Both the position numbers and the translations under genes were made by a program. The notes under the pieces were generated by a model. The model searched no databases. It was not told the DNA's origin and worked only from the letters and a program-made list of their open reading frames with translations. A stretch of 51,324 nt of DNA from Planctomycetaceae bacterium (GTDB lineage: Bacteria > Actinomycetota > UBA4738 > HRBIN12): contig JBLMXP010000102.1 in the NCBI GenBank assembly GCA_050257835.1, positions 1 through 51,324 on the forward strand, given 5' to 3'. Shown here in pieces: positions 35,890 to 45,294 of this stretch (position 1 is the first letter of the stretch; each line of letters begins with the position of its first letter).

Positions 35890-37569
35890 TTGGAGACCCC
35901 CGACGAACTCGCCGAGTACGCCGAAGCCGAGCTCCAGGGCGAGGCCGAGGGTCGCGCACGGGCAGCCGCGGGCGACGGCGGGGTGGCCGCGGCGGCGGCC
36001 GCCGCGGACGGCACCCGACTCGCCGGCCTGCTCGGCGCCGGCGAGGGCGCCCGCGACTCGCTGACCATCCTGTCGGGCACCGGCCAGAACATCGTCGGGC
36101 TGGCCGTCTTCGTGATCGCGAGCTTCGGGATGAACATCCTGATCGCTCGCGCCTTCGGGAAGGGCTCCGCCGCGTTCGGGTACATCACCCTCGTCACCCA
36201 GCTGGCGTTCGTGGCCGGCGCCGCGACGCGGTTCGGGATGGACATGGCCGCGGTGCGCAGGGTGGCGATCGAGGTCGGCAAGGGCGAGCCCGGTCGCTCC
36301 CGGGCGATCGTGCGGATCGCGATCGCGATCGCGGCGGTCGTGAGCGTCGGGGTGGCCCTGGTCGTCTACGTGTTCGCCGGCACGATCGCGGCCTTCCTGA
36401 ACGTCCCGGGCAACGCGATCCGCGCCGCGTCGGTCGGGCTGATCTTCGTGGCGATCGCGCAGGTCTACCTGGGTGCGTCGCGGGGCCTGAAGATCATGCG
36501 GCACACCCTCTACGCGTACTGGATCGGGCAGTCGCTGTCGTGGATCGCGATCACGCTGGTGCTGTGGGCCGCGCTCGGCAAGACCGTCACGGTCACGGTC
36601 GTCGCCTACGCGCTGTCGTGGATCTTCGCGACCGTGGTCGCGTTCGTGTCGTGGCATCACGCGACCCGGCCCTTCCCGCACCTGCCCGCCGAAGAGGGCG
36701 AGCCGCGCGCCCTCGTGCGCTACGGGGCGCCTCGCGCGCCGGCCGCCCTGCTGTCGCAGGCCCTCTTCTACACGGACCTCGCCGTGCTCTCCCACTTCTC
36801 GACCACGGCGGCCGAGAAGGCCCAGGTCTCCTACTACGCGGCGTCGATCCGCGTCGCGCAGGCGCTCGTCCTGTTCCTCACGGCGGTCTCCTACATGTTC
36901 AGCCCGTTCGTCGCGGACCTGCACGAGCGGGGCGAGCGCGATCGGTTGAACGCGCTCTTCAAGCAGATCACGCGGTGGACGCTCGGCGGCACGATCCCGC
37001 TGCTCCTGCTCTTCATGATCGCGCCGGGGCCCGTGCTCAAGGTGTTCGGCGGCTCCTACGACGCCGGCACGACGTGGCTGCGGATCCTCCTGATCGGGCA
37101 GATCGTGAACGTGAGCGTCGGCGCCGCCGGGTTCGTGCTGATCATGGCGGGGCGCACCGGATGGGACCTCACGGTCTACGCCTCGTCGTTCGTGCTCGAC
37201 CTCGCGGTCGCGGTCGCGCTCGTGCCCCACCTGGGTCCGACGGGCGCGGCGATCGCCCAGTCGACCACGCTGGTGTTCTCGAACATGTTCCGCCTCTACC
37301 TCGTGTGGCGGTTCGTCCACATCCAGCCCTACGACCGGTACTACGCGCGGCTGTTGATCCCCACGGCGATCGGCGCGGTCGCGATGATCGCGATCCACTC
37401 GGTGTTCGCCGGCCCCAAGTGGGGCGTCGACCTGCTCGCGACCGGGATCGTCGGCGGCGCGATCTACTACGTCGCGTTCCTGTTCTTCGGGCTGACGCCC
37501 GCCGAGTCGACGATGGTCAAGCGGGTGGCCGGCAAGGTGCTCCGGCGCCCGGCGCGGGCGACGTCGTGA
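35890..37569 (+). CDS. MOP-superfamily polysaccharide/lipid-linked oligosaccharide flippase
   Basis: 559-aa ORF with about 12-14 TM segments and Wzx/MurJ-like organisation. The TTG start is uncertain and the acidic/Ala-rich N-terminus may be shorter. Confidence 0.72.
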   Translation: METPDELAEYAEAELQGEAEGRARAAAGDGGVAAAAAAADGTRLAGLLGAGEGARDSLTILSGTGQNIVGLAVFVIASFGMNILIARAFGKGSAAFGYITLVTQLAFVAGAATRFGMDMAAVRRVAIEVGKGEPGRSRAIVRIAIAIAAVVSVGVALVVYVFAGTIAAFLNVPGNAIRAASVGLIFVAIAQVYLGASRGLKIMRHTLYAYWIGQSLSWIAITLVLWAALGKTVTVTVVAYALSWIFATVVAFVSWHHATRPFPHLPAEEGEPRALVRYGAPRAPAALLSQALFYTDLAVLSHFSTTAAEKAQVSYYAASIRVAQALVLFLTAVSYMFSPFVADLHERGERDRLNALFKQITRWTLGGTIPLLLLFMIAPGPVLKVFGGSYDAGTTWLRILLIGQIVNVSVGAAGFVLIMAGRTGWDLTVYASSFVLDLAVAVALVPHLGPTGAAIAQSTTLVFSNMFRLYLVWRFVHIQPYDRYYARLLIPTAIGAVAMIAIHSVFAGPKWGVDLLATGIVGGAIYYVAFLFFGLTPAESTMVKRVAGKVLRRPARATS

Positions 37570-39161
37570 GCGCGCCCGACATCGTCTACTGCAACGCGCG
37601 GATCTTCACGGCGAACGCGGTGGCGCCGTGGGCGTCGGCGATCGCCCTGGCCGGAGATCGGATCGTCGCGGTCGGGGGCGACGACGTGGCCGGGCTCGAG
37701 GCCGCCGGGACGGTCGACCTCGACGGGGCGCTCGTCCTGCCGGGCATCACCGACGCCCACTTCCACACGCTGATGACCGGCGACGCGCTCACCCGCGCCG
37801 ACCTCGTGCGCGCGAAGGACCTCGACGAGATCCAGGGGCTCGTCCGCGCGTGGGCCGAGGCGAACCCGTCCGCCGCCTGGGTGCTCGGCAAGGGCTGGCT
37901 CCACTCCGCGGTCCCGGGCGGCCGGCCCACGGCCGCGATGCTCGACGCCGTCGTCCCCGAACGCCCCGTCCTGCTCGACGCGAACGACTACCACTCCGGC
38001 TGGGTGAACACCGAGGGGCTCCGCGCGCTGGGCATCACCCGCGCCACCCCGGACCCTGAGGGCGGCGAGATCGTCCGCGGCGCCGACGGCGAGCCGACAG
38101 GCGAACTGAAGGAGACCGCGGTGATGCTCGCGTGGGCGGCGTTCGCCCGGACGAGGACCGCGGCCGAGCACGACGCCCACCTTCGCGCGGCGCTCGACGC
38201 GATGGCGCGCTCGGGCATCACCTCGGTGATCGACATGGCGCTGGAGGCCCACTCGCTCGACGCGATGACCCGCGCCGAGGCCGGCGGCACCCTCACCGCG
38301 CGCCTGCGCGGGCACTGGATCCTCTCCGAGGGAGAAGACCAGGGGTCCGTGGTGCAGGAGGTCGCCCGGCGTGCGCGCGAGCACGCGTCCGCGTGGCTGC
38401 GCGTGTCCGGTGTCAAGATCGTGTCCGACGGCGTGATCGACTCGTGCACCGCCGCGATGCTCCGCCCGTTCGCCGACGGCACGCTGCCGCCGCCGATCTG
38501 GCCGAGCGAGCCGCTCGTGGCCGCGGTGCGCGCCGCCGACGCCGCCGGGCTCCAGGTCGCGATCCACGCGATCGGCGACGCCGCGATCCGGGGCGGCCTC
38601 GACGCGTTCGCCGAGGCCGCCCGGACGAACGGCACGAGCGGGCGGCGCCACCGGATCGAGCACGTGGAGTACGCCGACGCCGCCGACGTCCCTCGGTTCG
38701 GGCCCCTCGGGGTGACCGCCTCGATGCAGCCGGTCCACGCCGACCCCGCGATCCGCGCGAACTGGGCCGCGATGCTGGGCGACGACCGGGCCGAGCGCGG
38801 CTTCCGCTGGGCCGACCTCGAGGCGGTCACGCCGCTCGCCCTGGGCACCGACGCCCCGACCGCGCCGCTGGAGGCGCTGCCCAACCTGTTCGTCGCCGCC
38901 ACCCGCAGATCGGCCCTGCAGCCCGGCCTCGGCGCAGCCGACGGCCAGCCGCCGCTCCCGCTCGAAGCGGCCCTTCGACACATGACGATCGACGCCGCCT
39001 GGTCCTGCTTCGACGAGGACGACCGCGGCTCGCTCGAACCCGGCAAGCTGGCCGACCTCGTCGTGCTCGACCGCGACCCGTTCGCCGAGGGTCCGGACTC
39101 GCTCCTGGAAGCGCAGGTCGTGCGGACCGTGGTCGGCGGCCGGGTCGTCTACGAGGGCTGA
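37566..39161 (+). CDS. Amidohydrolase-family (Amidohydro_3-like) metal-dependent hydrolase
   Basis: The GTG gives a GTGA overlap with the flippase stop. Motifs include PGITDAHFH, AIHAIGD, RIEH and LGTDAP. Confidence 0.85.
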   Translation: MSAPDIVYCNARIFTANAVAPWASAIALAGDRIVAVGGDDVAGLEAAGTVDLDGALVLPGITDAHFHTLMTGDALTRADLVRAKDLDEIQGLVRAWAEANPSAAWVLGKGWLHSAVPGGRPTAAMLDAVVPERPVLLDANDYHSGWVNTEGLRALGITRATPDPEGGEIVRGADGEPTGELKETAVMLAWAAFARTRTAAEHDAHLRAALDAMARSGITSVIDMALEAHSLDAMTRAEAGGTLTARLRGHWILSEGEDQGSVVQEVARRAREHASAWLRVSGVKIVSDGVIDSCTAAMLRPFADGTLPPPIWPSEPLVAAVRAADAAGLQVAIHAIGDAAIRGGLDAFAEAARTNGTSGRRHRIEHVEYADAADVPRFGPLGVTASMQPVHADPAIRANWAAMLGDDRAERGFRWADLEAVTPLALGTDAPTAPLEALPNLFVAATRRSALQPGLGAADGQPPLPLEAALRHMTIDAAWSCFDEDDRGSLEPGKLADLVVLDRDPFAEGPDSLLEAQVVRTVVGGRVVYEG

Positions 39162-39601
39162 TCGGCGGCGGGTACCCGCACGAGGATCTGCGCGAGGATC
39201 TCTTCCGAGATCGCGATCTCGGTCTCGCCGACGCGGACCACCGGCACCGGACGGCGCTGCAGCACGGCCACGGCGGTCCCCGGCGTGAGCCCGTAGGCCG
39301 TCAGCCGGCTGGCGCGCCCGGACGGCATCTCTCCGAGCCGGTGGACCACGACCTCCTCCCCCGTCGCGACATGGGTCAACGGCACCCCGACGTCGTCGGG
39401 GCGCCGGCTCGACGCGGCGTCGTCCTCGTTGCGGCCGAACCAGCGCGCGAGCGCCTTCGCGAGGCCGCTCTTGGACTCGTCGACCACCTGGTAGCCGCAG
39501 TTCGGGCAGCAGATCAGCGAGCACCGCGCACCGAGCGGGCAGCCGGCGTGGCACGCGAGCGCGCTCGCGTCGAACACGTGGCCGCAGAGGCGACACCGCA
39601 T
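39149..39601 (-). CDS. feoA: FeoA-domain protein with an N-terminal 8-Cys extension
   Basis: 150 aa. The C-terminal SH3-like FeoA domain is VVVHRLGEMPSGRASRLTAYGLTPGTAVAVLQRRPVPVVRVGETEIAIS. The N-terminus MRCRLCGHVFDASALACHAGCPLGARCSLICCPNCG has Cys at positions 3, 6, 17, 21, 27, 31, 32 and 35. Confidence 0.8.
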   Translation of the reverse strand: MRCRLCGHVFDASALACHAGCPLGARCSLICCPNCGYQVVDESKSGLAKALARWFGRNEDDAASSRRPDDVGVPLTHVATGEEVVVHRLGEMPSGRASRLTAYGLTPGTAVAVLQRRPVPVVRVGETEIAISEEILAQILVRVPAADQPS

Positions 39602-39602
39602 C

Positions 39603-41573
39603 TCAGCCCACCTCGATCCCGAAGGTCTTGAGCGCCAGGTTCAGCAGACCGCCCACCAACACCGCGAACGGGAAGACGAACCCGGCCACGGCCAGGGCAG
39701 TGCGCGTTCCGTGCTCGCGGACGATCATCAGCACGGTCGCGATGCAGGGGATGAACAGCGTGATCACGACGAGGCTCACGAGGATCTGGTTCCCGGTCAG
39801 GGCCCCGTGCTGCGCGAGCGCGAACAGCCCCGCCGCTCCGTAGTCGCGGCGGAGGAAGCCGATCAGGAACGAACCGGTCGCGGACTCGGGCAGCCCGAGC
39901 CAGCCGGAGATCAGCGGCGAGAAGGCCCGCTCAGCCCACGCGAGCGCGCCCGTCGCGTCCAGCACGAACAGGGCCGCCGTTCCGAGCACGAAGACCGGGA
40001 TGACCTCCTTCAGGTACCACTCGAGCCGCGCCGCGGTCTTCACGACCACGTTGCGGAGCGCCGGCACGCGCATCGGCGGCAGCTCCACGATGAAATCCGA
40101 GCGCGGTCCGGGGATCACCCGCGCACTGAGCCACCCGACCGACAGGAGCGTTGCGGCCACGATCGCAGACCAGATCCCCGCGCCGAGCGCCCCGGTCCAG
40201 GAGATCATCCCCAAGATCACCCCGAGCTGCGCGCTGCACGGCACGGCGAGCGCGAGCAGCAGTGTCACCTGCAGACGCTCCTTGCGGCTCTCGAGCGTCC
40301 GCGTGGTCACGGTGGCCATCGTGTCGCAGCCCAGGCCGAGGATCATCGGGATCACCGCACGGCCGTTCAGACCCATCATGCGGAACGCGCGGTCGAGCAT
40401 CACGGCGAGGCGCGGCAGGTAGCCCGAATCCTCGAGCACGCCGAACGCGAGGAAGAACGTCACGACGAGCGGGAGCACGATCGCGAACCCGTACGTGAGG
40501 CCCATCGTGATGATCCCGTAGGGGCCCACGAGCAGGTCGCGTGCGAGCGGGAACGGGATCGTCGCGTCGACGAGGCGGGTGGCCGCCGGGTTGATCACCT
40601 CGCCGAACAGTCCGTTCTCGAGCAGCCCGACGAGGACCGTCGCTCCGAGGATCCCCACGAACGCGAACAGCGCCGCGAGCACGGCGAGCAGGATCGGCCA
40701 ACCCCACACGGGGTCGCTCGCCCAGCGCCCCAGCGCGTCCCACCGGCGGCCGGTCGCACGGTCCCGCGTCACGACCTCCGCGACGATCGCGTCGGCCTCG
40801 GCCATCCGCCGCCGGTTCAGCTCTGCTCCGAGCCCGCGGCCGAGGAGCGACTCGGCCTCGTGGCGGGCCTCGGCGACGGTCGCCCTGGCGGCGCCGTCGA
40901 GACCGAGGACGTCGGCGAGGTCGTCGCCGCCGGCCAGCAGGAGGAGCGCCGTGGCACGGGCGCTGGTGGAGACCGCGGGCACCACCGCCTCCACCAGCGC
41001 GACCGCGCGCTCGATCCCGGACCCGTAGTCGACGCGGCGCGCCCCCGGCGACGCCTCCTCGAGCAGCGACCCGAGGCGCTCGATCCCGGCGCCCTTCGTC
41101 GCGACCGTCGACACGACGGGGGCGCCGAGCAGGCGACCCAGCGCGCGCGTGTCGATCCGCAGGCCTCGCCGCTCGGCCTCGTCGGTCATGTTGAGCGCCA
41201 CCACGAGCGGCACGCCGGCCTCCGCGAGCTGCAGGGAGAGCAGCAGGCCGCGGCGGAGGTTCTTCGCGTCGATCACCTGCACGACCGCATCGGCGGCTTC
41301 GGACACGAGGATGTCGCGCGTGACGCGCTCGTCGTCGGAGATCGCGGCGAGGTCCTGCACACCCGGCGTGTCGATCACCGGCGCGCGGCGCCCGTTCACG
41401 GCGAGGGTCCCCCGGGCGACCTCCACGGTCGTGCCCGGGTAGTTCGACACGGCGACGTACCGGCCGGTCAGCCGACCGAACAGCGCCGACTTGCCGACGT
41501 TGGGGTTGCCCACCAGCACGATGGGGCGTTCCGCGGTCGCGACGGCGGCGTCTCCGCTTCCGTGGCAGTCCAT
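39603..41573 (-). CDS. feoB: Ferrous iron transporter FeoB
   Basis: 656 aa. The G-domain has GNPNVGKS, DTPG and NMTD, followed by a polytopic membrane domain. Confidence 0.95.
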   Translation of the reverse strand: MDCHGSGDAAVATAERPIVLVGNPNVGKSALFGRLTGRYVAVSNYPGTTVEVARGTLAVNGRRAPVIDTPGVQDLAAISDDERVTRDILVSEAADAVVQVIDAKNLRRGLLLSLQLAEAGVPLVVALNMTDEAERRGLRIDTRALGRLLGAPVVSTVATKGAGIERLGSLLEEASPGARRVDYGSGIERAVALVEAVVPAVSTSARATALLLLAGGDDLADVLGLDGAARATVAEARHEAESLLGRGLGAELNRRRMAEADAIVAEVVTRDRATGRRWDALGRWASDPVWGWPILLAVLAALFAFVGILGATVLVGLLENGLFGEVINPAATRLVDATIPFPLARDLLVGPYGIITMGLTYGFAIVLPLVVTFFLAFGVLEDSGYLPRLAVMLDRAFRMMGLNGRAVIPMILGLGCDTMATVTTRTLESRKERLQVTLLLALAVPCSAQLGVILGMISWTGALGAGIWSAIVAATLLSVGWLSARVIPGPRSDFIVELPPMRVPALRNVVVKTAARLEWYLKEVIPVFVLGTAALFVLDATGALAWAERAFSPLISGWLGLPESATGSFLIGFLRRDYGAAGLFALAQHGALTGNQILVSLVVITLFIPCIATVLMIVREHGTRTALAVAGFVFPFAVLVGGLLNLALKTFGIEVG

Positions 41574-41794
41574 GTCCGTCGAAATCCGACCTTTCCGGTC
41601 GAGTCTCCCCAGATGGTCCCGGAAGCGCGTGCGCGCACCGAGGGACGGGAGGCCCGCCCCGCGCGGGACCGATGGCGGTTTGGCTCCGAGGCATCCGGCC
41701 GGACTGCTCGCGACGTATAGGGGTCGTGGTCTGGATCGATCCGCACAGCCGTCGGGAGGGGCGGCGGCCCGAGCAGTTGGGAGGGCACCGAGGG

Positions 41795-42328
41795 ATGCGA
41801 AGAACGACGTGGCTGATCGCGGCCGTGGCCCTGACCGTCACCGCCGCCGCATGTGCGAGCAGCTCGAGCTCGGACACGGCGTCGGCGGGCGCTTCGTCGT
41901 CGTCGATGTCGCAGAGCGCGAGCGCGCCGCCCATGCCGACGCCGGCCGCCGTCGAAGTCAAGACCGCGAGCGCCGCGGGGTACGGGACCTACCTGACGAA
42001 CCAAGACGGGATGACGCTCTACGTCTATCTGCTGGACGAGCCCGGCTCGGCGCCGGCGTGCACCGGGTCGTGCCTGTCGTCGTGGACGCCCGTGCTCGTG
42101 CAGGGCAAGCCGAAGGCCGGCTCAGGGGTCGACCCGAAGACGCTCGGCACCCAGAAGGTCGACGGCGCTCAGCAGCTCACGCTCGGCGGGCAGCCCGCGT
42201 ACACGTACTCCGGCGACATGGCCGCGGGCGACACGAACGGCCAGGGCATCGGTGGCCTCTGGTACGTGGTCGCGCCCGACGGCTCCCGGATCACCGGGGT
42301 CACCGCGACCGCCAGCCCCAGCATGTGA
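41795..42328 (+). CDS. Secreted lipoprotein of the COG4315 type (tandem Y-x-[FY]-x-x-D repeat family)
   Basis: The signal-plus-lipobox is LIAAVALTVTAAAC. It has GMTLYVY, CTGSCLSSWTP and GQPAYTYSGD. Confidence 0.8.
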   Translation: MRRTTWLIAAVALTVTAAACASSSSSDTASAGASSSSMSQSASAPPMPTPAAVEVKTASAAGYGTYLTNQDGMTLYVYLLDEPGSAPACTGSCLSSWTPVLVQGKPKAGSGVDPKTLGTQKVDGAQQLTLGGQPAYTYSGDMAAGDTNGQGIGGLWYVVAPDGSRITGVTATASPSM

Positions 42329-42426
42329 CCCAACCCGGAGCGCCCGGGCGGATGAACCGTCCGCCCGGGCGGCTCGTATCACCTCCATCGTTCGCCCACG
42401 GCGAGGGGCTCAGAAGGAGGTACCTC

Positions 42427-42981
42427 ATGCGCACGTTCCGGATCGCCGCCACGATCTCGGCGCTCGCCACCGCCCTCGCCGCGTGCTCGGGCAACTCCGG
42501 CGCCTCGAACCCGCCGATCGCGACCTCCACCCACTCGGTGATGCCGACCGGGGCCGACACGTTCACGGTCGACGTCGCGACCTCCCCGCTCGGGAAGGTC
42601 CTCGTCGACCAGGCGGGCAAGACCCTGTACCTGTTCGAGCAGGACACGGGGACGGCCAGCACGTGCTACGGCGACTGCGCCGGCAACTGGCCCGCGCTCA
42701 CCGTGAGTGGCAAGCCCACCGAAGGGCCCGGCGTGCACGGCACGCTCGGCACCTCGGCCCGCAAGGACGGCGCGATGCAACTCACGCTCGACGGGCACCC
42801 CCTGTACACGTTCGCGGGCGACCAGCCCGGCGACCTCAACGGCGAGGGGCTGTTCAACCTGTGGTACGCCGTCTCGCCGGATGGCAAGGCCCTCATGCCG
42901 TCGGGCTCGAAGGCGGCGCCGAGCGCCGGCGCAAGCTCCACGGGCAGCTCCTCGAGCTCCTCGGGCCGCAGCGGCTACTGA
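42427..42981 (+). CDS. Secreted lipoprotein, paralog of 41795..42328
   Basis: The ATG lies 6 nt after GAAGGAGG. The lipobox is ALAAC. It has GKTLYLF, CYGDCAGNWP and GHPLYTFAGD. Confidence 0.8.
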   Translation: MRTFRIAATISALATALAACSGNSGASNPPIATSTHSVMPTGADTFTVDVATSPLGKVLVDQAGKTLYLFEQDTGTASTCYGDCAGNWPALTVSGKPTEGPGVHGTLGTSARKDGAMQLTLDGHPLYTFAGDQPGDLNGEGLFNLWYAVSPDGKALMPSGSKAAPSAGASSTGSSSSSSGRSGY

Positions 42982-43331
42982 CGCGTCGTCGGCGCGGCGC
43001 CCTCGGTCGCCGCGTTCGCGAGCGACGTCGCGAACGCCAGCACGGCGAACGCGACGGCGAGCGGACCTCGGCCGGTCGCGGCCAGGCCGACGGCGGCCAG
43101 GCCGAACAGGACGAGCTCGATCGCGAGCCGCAGGCCCACGGGCACGGGCCATCGCGCCCTGGGCGCGACGAACGCGCCCCAGACCGCGGCGGCGAGCAGC
43201 GGGGCCACCAGACCGAAGACCCACGCCGTCGCGCCGACACCCGCGTGGAAGCCCCAGACCGCCAGGGCCGCCAGCAACCCCAGTTCGAGCAGGAACCGGA
43301 CCGTGAGGATCACCCAGCGAGCGCCGCGCAC
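42975..43331 (-). CDS. Small membrane protein (YrdB/DUF2568-like)
   Basis: 118 aa from the GTG at 43331, with four hydrophobic helices (FLLELGLLAALAVWGF and others). The upstream 300 codons of the ORF are shadow of the glycosylase gene. Confidence 0.55.
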   Translation of the reverse strand: MRGARWVILTVRFLLELGLLAALAVWGFHAGVGATAWVFGLVAPLLAAAVWGAFVAPRARWPVPVGLRLAIELVLFGLAAVGLAATGRGPLAVAFAVLAFATSLANAATEGAAPTTRQ

Positions 43332-43358
43332 GCCGTCATCTTCGCGGATGATGGGCGA

Positions 43359-43994
43359 GTGAAGCGTGCGGCGCTGACCGAGCGTTCCCTCCTGCGCGCG
43401 GCCCACGACCTGGCCGCTCGCGATCCCGCGCTCGCCCGCTCGGTCGAGCGGTTCGGACCGCCGCCGCTGTGGGCCCGCGAGCCGTCGTTCGCCACGCTCG
43501 TGCACCTGATCCTCGAGCAGCAGGTGTCGCTGGCCTCGGCTCAGGCCGCGTTCGATCGGCTCCGCGCGGCCTCCGGTGGTCGGGTCACTCCGGGGGCGTT
43601 CCTGCTGCTCGACGACGACGACCTGCGCGCGATCGGGTTCAGCCGGCAGAAGACCGCGTACGGGCGCGACCTCGCGCTGGCCCTGAGCGACGGCTTCGAC
43701 CTGGCCGATCTGTCGGCGCTCCCCGACGACGAGGTCCGCGCGCGGCTGACCGCGCTCCGCGGGATCGGCCGCTGGACGGCCGACGTCTACCTCACGATGT
43801 GCCTGCTCCGTCCCGACGTGTGGCCCCACGGCGACCAGGCGCTCGCGACCGGCGCCGCCGAGCTCCTCGGCCTCCTCGACCGTCCTACGTTCGATGCGCT
43901 CGAGGTCCTGGCGGAGCGCTGGCGCCCGTACCGCGCGGTCGCCGCCCGGATCATCTGGTACCACTACCTGGGGGTCCGCGGCCGCGACGACTGA
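43359..43994 (+). CDS. HhH-GPD DNA glycosylase (AlkA-like 3-methyladenine glycosylase II family)
   Basis: GTG start. Motifs include ILEQQVSLASA, the helix-hairpin-helix LTALRGIGRWTADVYL, and WPHGDQAL carrying the catalytic Asp. Confidence 0.8.
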   Translation: MKRAALTERSLLRAAHDLAARDPALARSVERFGPPPLWAREPSFATLVHLILEQQVSLASAQAAFDRLRAASGGRVTPGAFLLLDDDDLRAIGFSRQKTAYGRDLALALSDGFDLADLSALPDDEVRARLTALRGIGRWTADVYLTMCLLRPDVWPHGDQALATGAAELLGLLDRPTFDALEVLAERWRPYRAVAARIIWYHYLGVRGRDD

Positions 43995-45220
43995 CCGTCC
44001 GGCAGGAGGAAGAAGGTCTCCATCGGGCCCTTGCCCTTCACGTCGATCGTCCCGCGCGGCTCCAGCGCGAAGGCGGACCCGAGCGCCTCGGCGGTCCGCG
44101 CGCTCACCTGGATCCGCCCCGGCACGCCGTGGGACTCCATCCGGCTCGCGGTGTTCACGGTGTCGCCCCACAGGTCGTAGATGAACTTGCGCCGCCCGAT
44201 CACGCCGGCGACCGCCGGCCCCGTGTCGATCCCGATCCGGATCGCGAGCCACCCGCGATCGGGCCTCGCGGCGATCGCGTCGACCTCGCGCAGCATCGCC
44301 AGCGCGGCCCGCGCGACCGCCTGCGCGTGGTCGGGCCTCGGCTCGGGCAGCCCGCCGACCAGCATGTAGGCGTCACCGATCGTCTTGATCTTCTCCAGCC
44401 CCTCCGTGTCGGCGACCGCGTCGAACCGGGAGAAGATCTCGTCGAGCAGACCCACGAGATCGTCGGCCGGCATCGAGGCCGAATGGGTGGTGAAGCCCGC
44501 CAGGTCGGCGAACAGCACCGTTACCTCTTCGTGATGGTCGGCGAGCACGCCGGGGTCCCGCTTCAGGCGCCCCGCGATCGGCGCCGGCAGCACGTTCAGC
44601 AGCAGCCGCTCCGATCGCTCCCGCTCCGCTTGGAGCGCGGCGTGGGCGAGCTCGCGCTGGTGGACGAAGTACCCGAGGATCGCGAAGGCGGCGAGCGTCG
44701 TCCCCGTGATGTTCAGCGCGAAGAACCAGGTGCGGAGCCCATGCGGCAGATCCGGCGACCCGGCGACCAGCGGGTCGATCAGGGCGAGCCCCAGGGTGAT
44801 CGCGAGGAAGGCTACGAGCCACGGCGTCGCGCGGCGCGTCCCGAGCAGGGCGAGCGCCGCCAGCGGCGTCGCCAACGACCACATGGCGATGCCGCTCGAG
44901 GCCTCGAACCCGCCGAGGGAGAGCTGAAGCAGCGGAGGCAGCACGAGGAACATCACCAGCTGGGTCGTGCGGAACCACGGGAACCGCTTCGTGCGCGCCA
45001 GGACCCCGAGGCCCACCACCGTCACCACCTGATACGTGGCCGGGATCGCGGCCGACCCGTACAGCCCGTAGGCCGCGTACGCGATCACCCACACGAACGA
45101 CAGCAGGGCGATCAGGACCGACGCGAGGATCAGGGCGCCGGCCCGCAGCCGCTCGTCGCGCGACTCGTCGGGACGGGCGCCGATCGCCGACAGGCGTTCG
45201 ACGACGGCGACCGGTGTCAT
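43964..45220 (-). CDS. Class III adenylate/guanylate cyclase with an N-terminal 6-TM domain
   Basis: Cyclase blocks include VTVLFADLAGFT, IKTIGDAYM and DLWGDTVNTASRMES. Confidence 0.85.
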   Translation of the reverse strand: MTPVAVVERLSAIGARPDESRDERLRAGALILASVLIALLSFVWVIAYAAYGLYGSAAIPATYQVVTVVGLGVLARTKRFPWFRTTQLVMFLVLPPLLQLSLGGFEASSGIAMWSLATPLAALALLGTRRATPWLVAFLAITLGLALIDPLVAGSPDLPHGLRTWFFALNITGTTLAAFAILGYFVHQRELAHAALQAERERSERLLLNVLPAPIAGRLKRDPGVLADHHEEVTVLFADLAGFTTHSASMPADDLVGLLDEIFSRFDAVADTEGLEKIKTIGDAYMLVGGLPEPRPDHAQAVARAALAMLREVDAIAARPDRGWLAIRIGIDTGPAVAGVIGRRKFIYDLWGDTVNTASRMESHGVPGRIQVSARTAEALGSAFALEPRGTIDVKGKGPMETFFLLPDGQSSRPRTPR

Positions 45221-45259
45221 CGGCGCAGGTTATCGAGGCGGGCGATGCCTGTGGTATCG

Positions 45260-45277
45260 TTCAACCGTTCGGTTGAA
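45260..45277. promoter_or_regulatory. Candidate ArsR-family operator
   Basis: A perfect inverted repeat TTCAACCG-TT-CGGTTGAA sits in a locally AT-richer patch 17 nt upstream of the arsR-like ATG, just before the RBS GGAGAGGAG. Confidence 0.45.
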
Positions 45278-45294
45278 TATCGACGGAGAGGAGC

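Noticed and set aside
34641-39596. Minus-strand ORFs 34641..36281, 35878..37398 and 37467..39596
   Set aside because: They are antisense to the TIGR00725, coiled-coil, flippase and amidohydrolase genes. They are low-complexity, Arg/Ala/Pro/Ser-rich.
39711-41961. ORFs 39711..41720 (+) and 39931..41961 (-)
   Set aside because: These are alternative frames over feoB. feoB has unambiguous G-domain and membrane motifs, and the alternatives do not.
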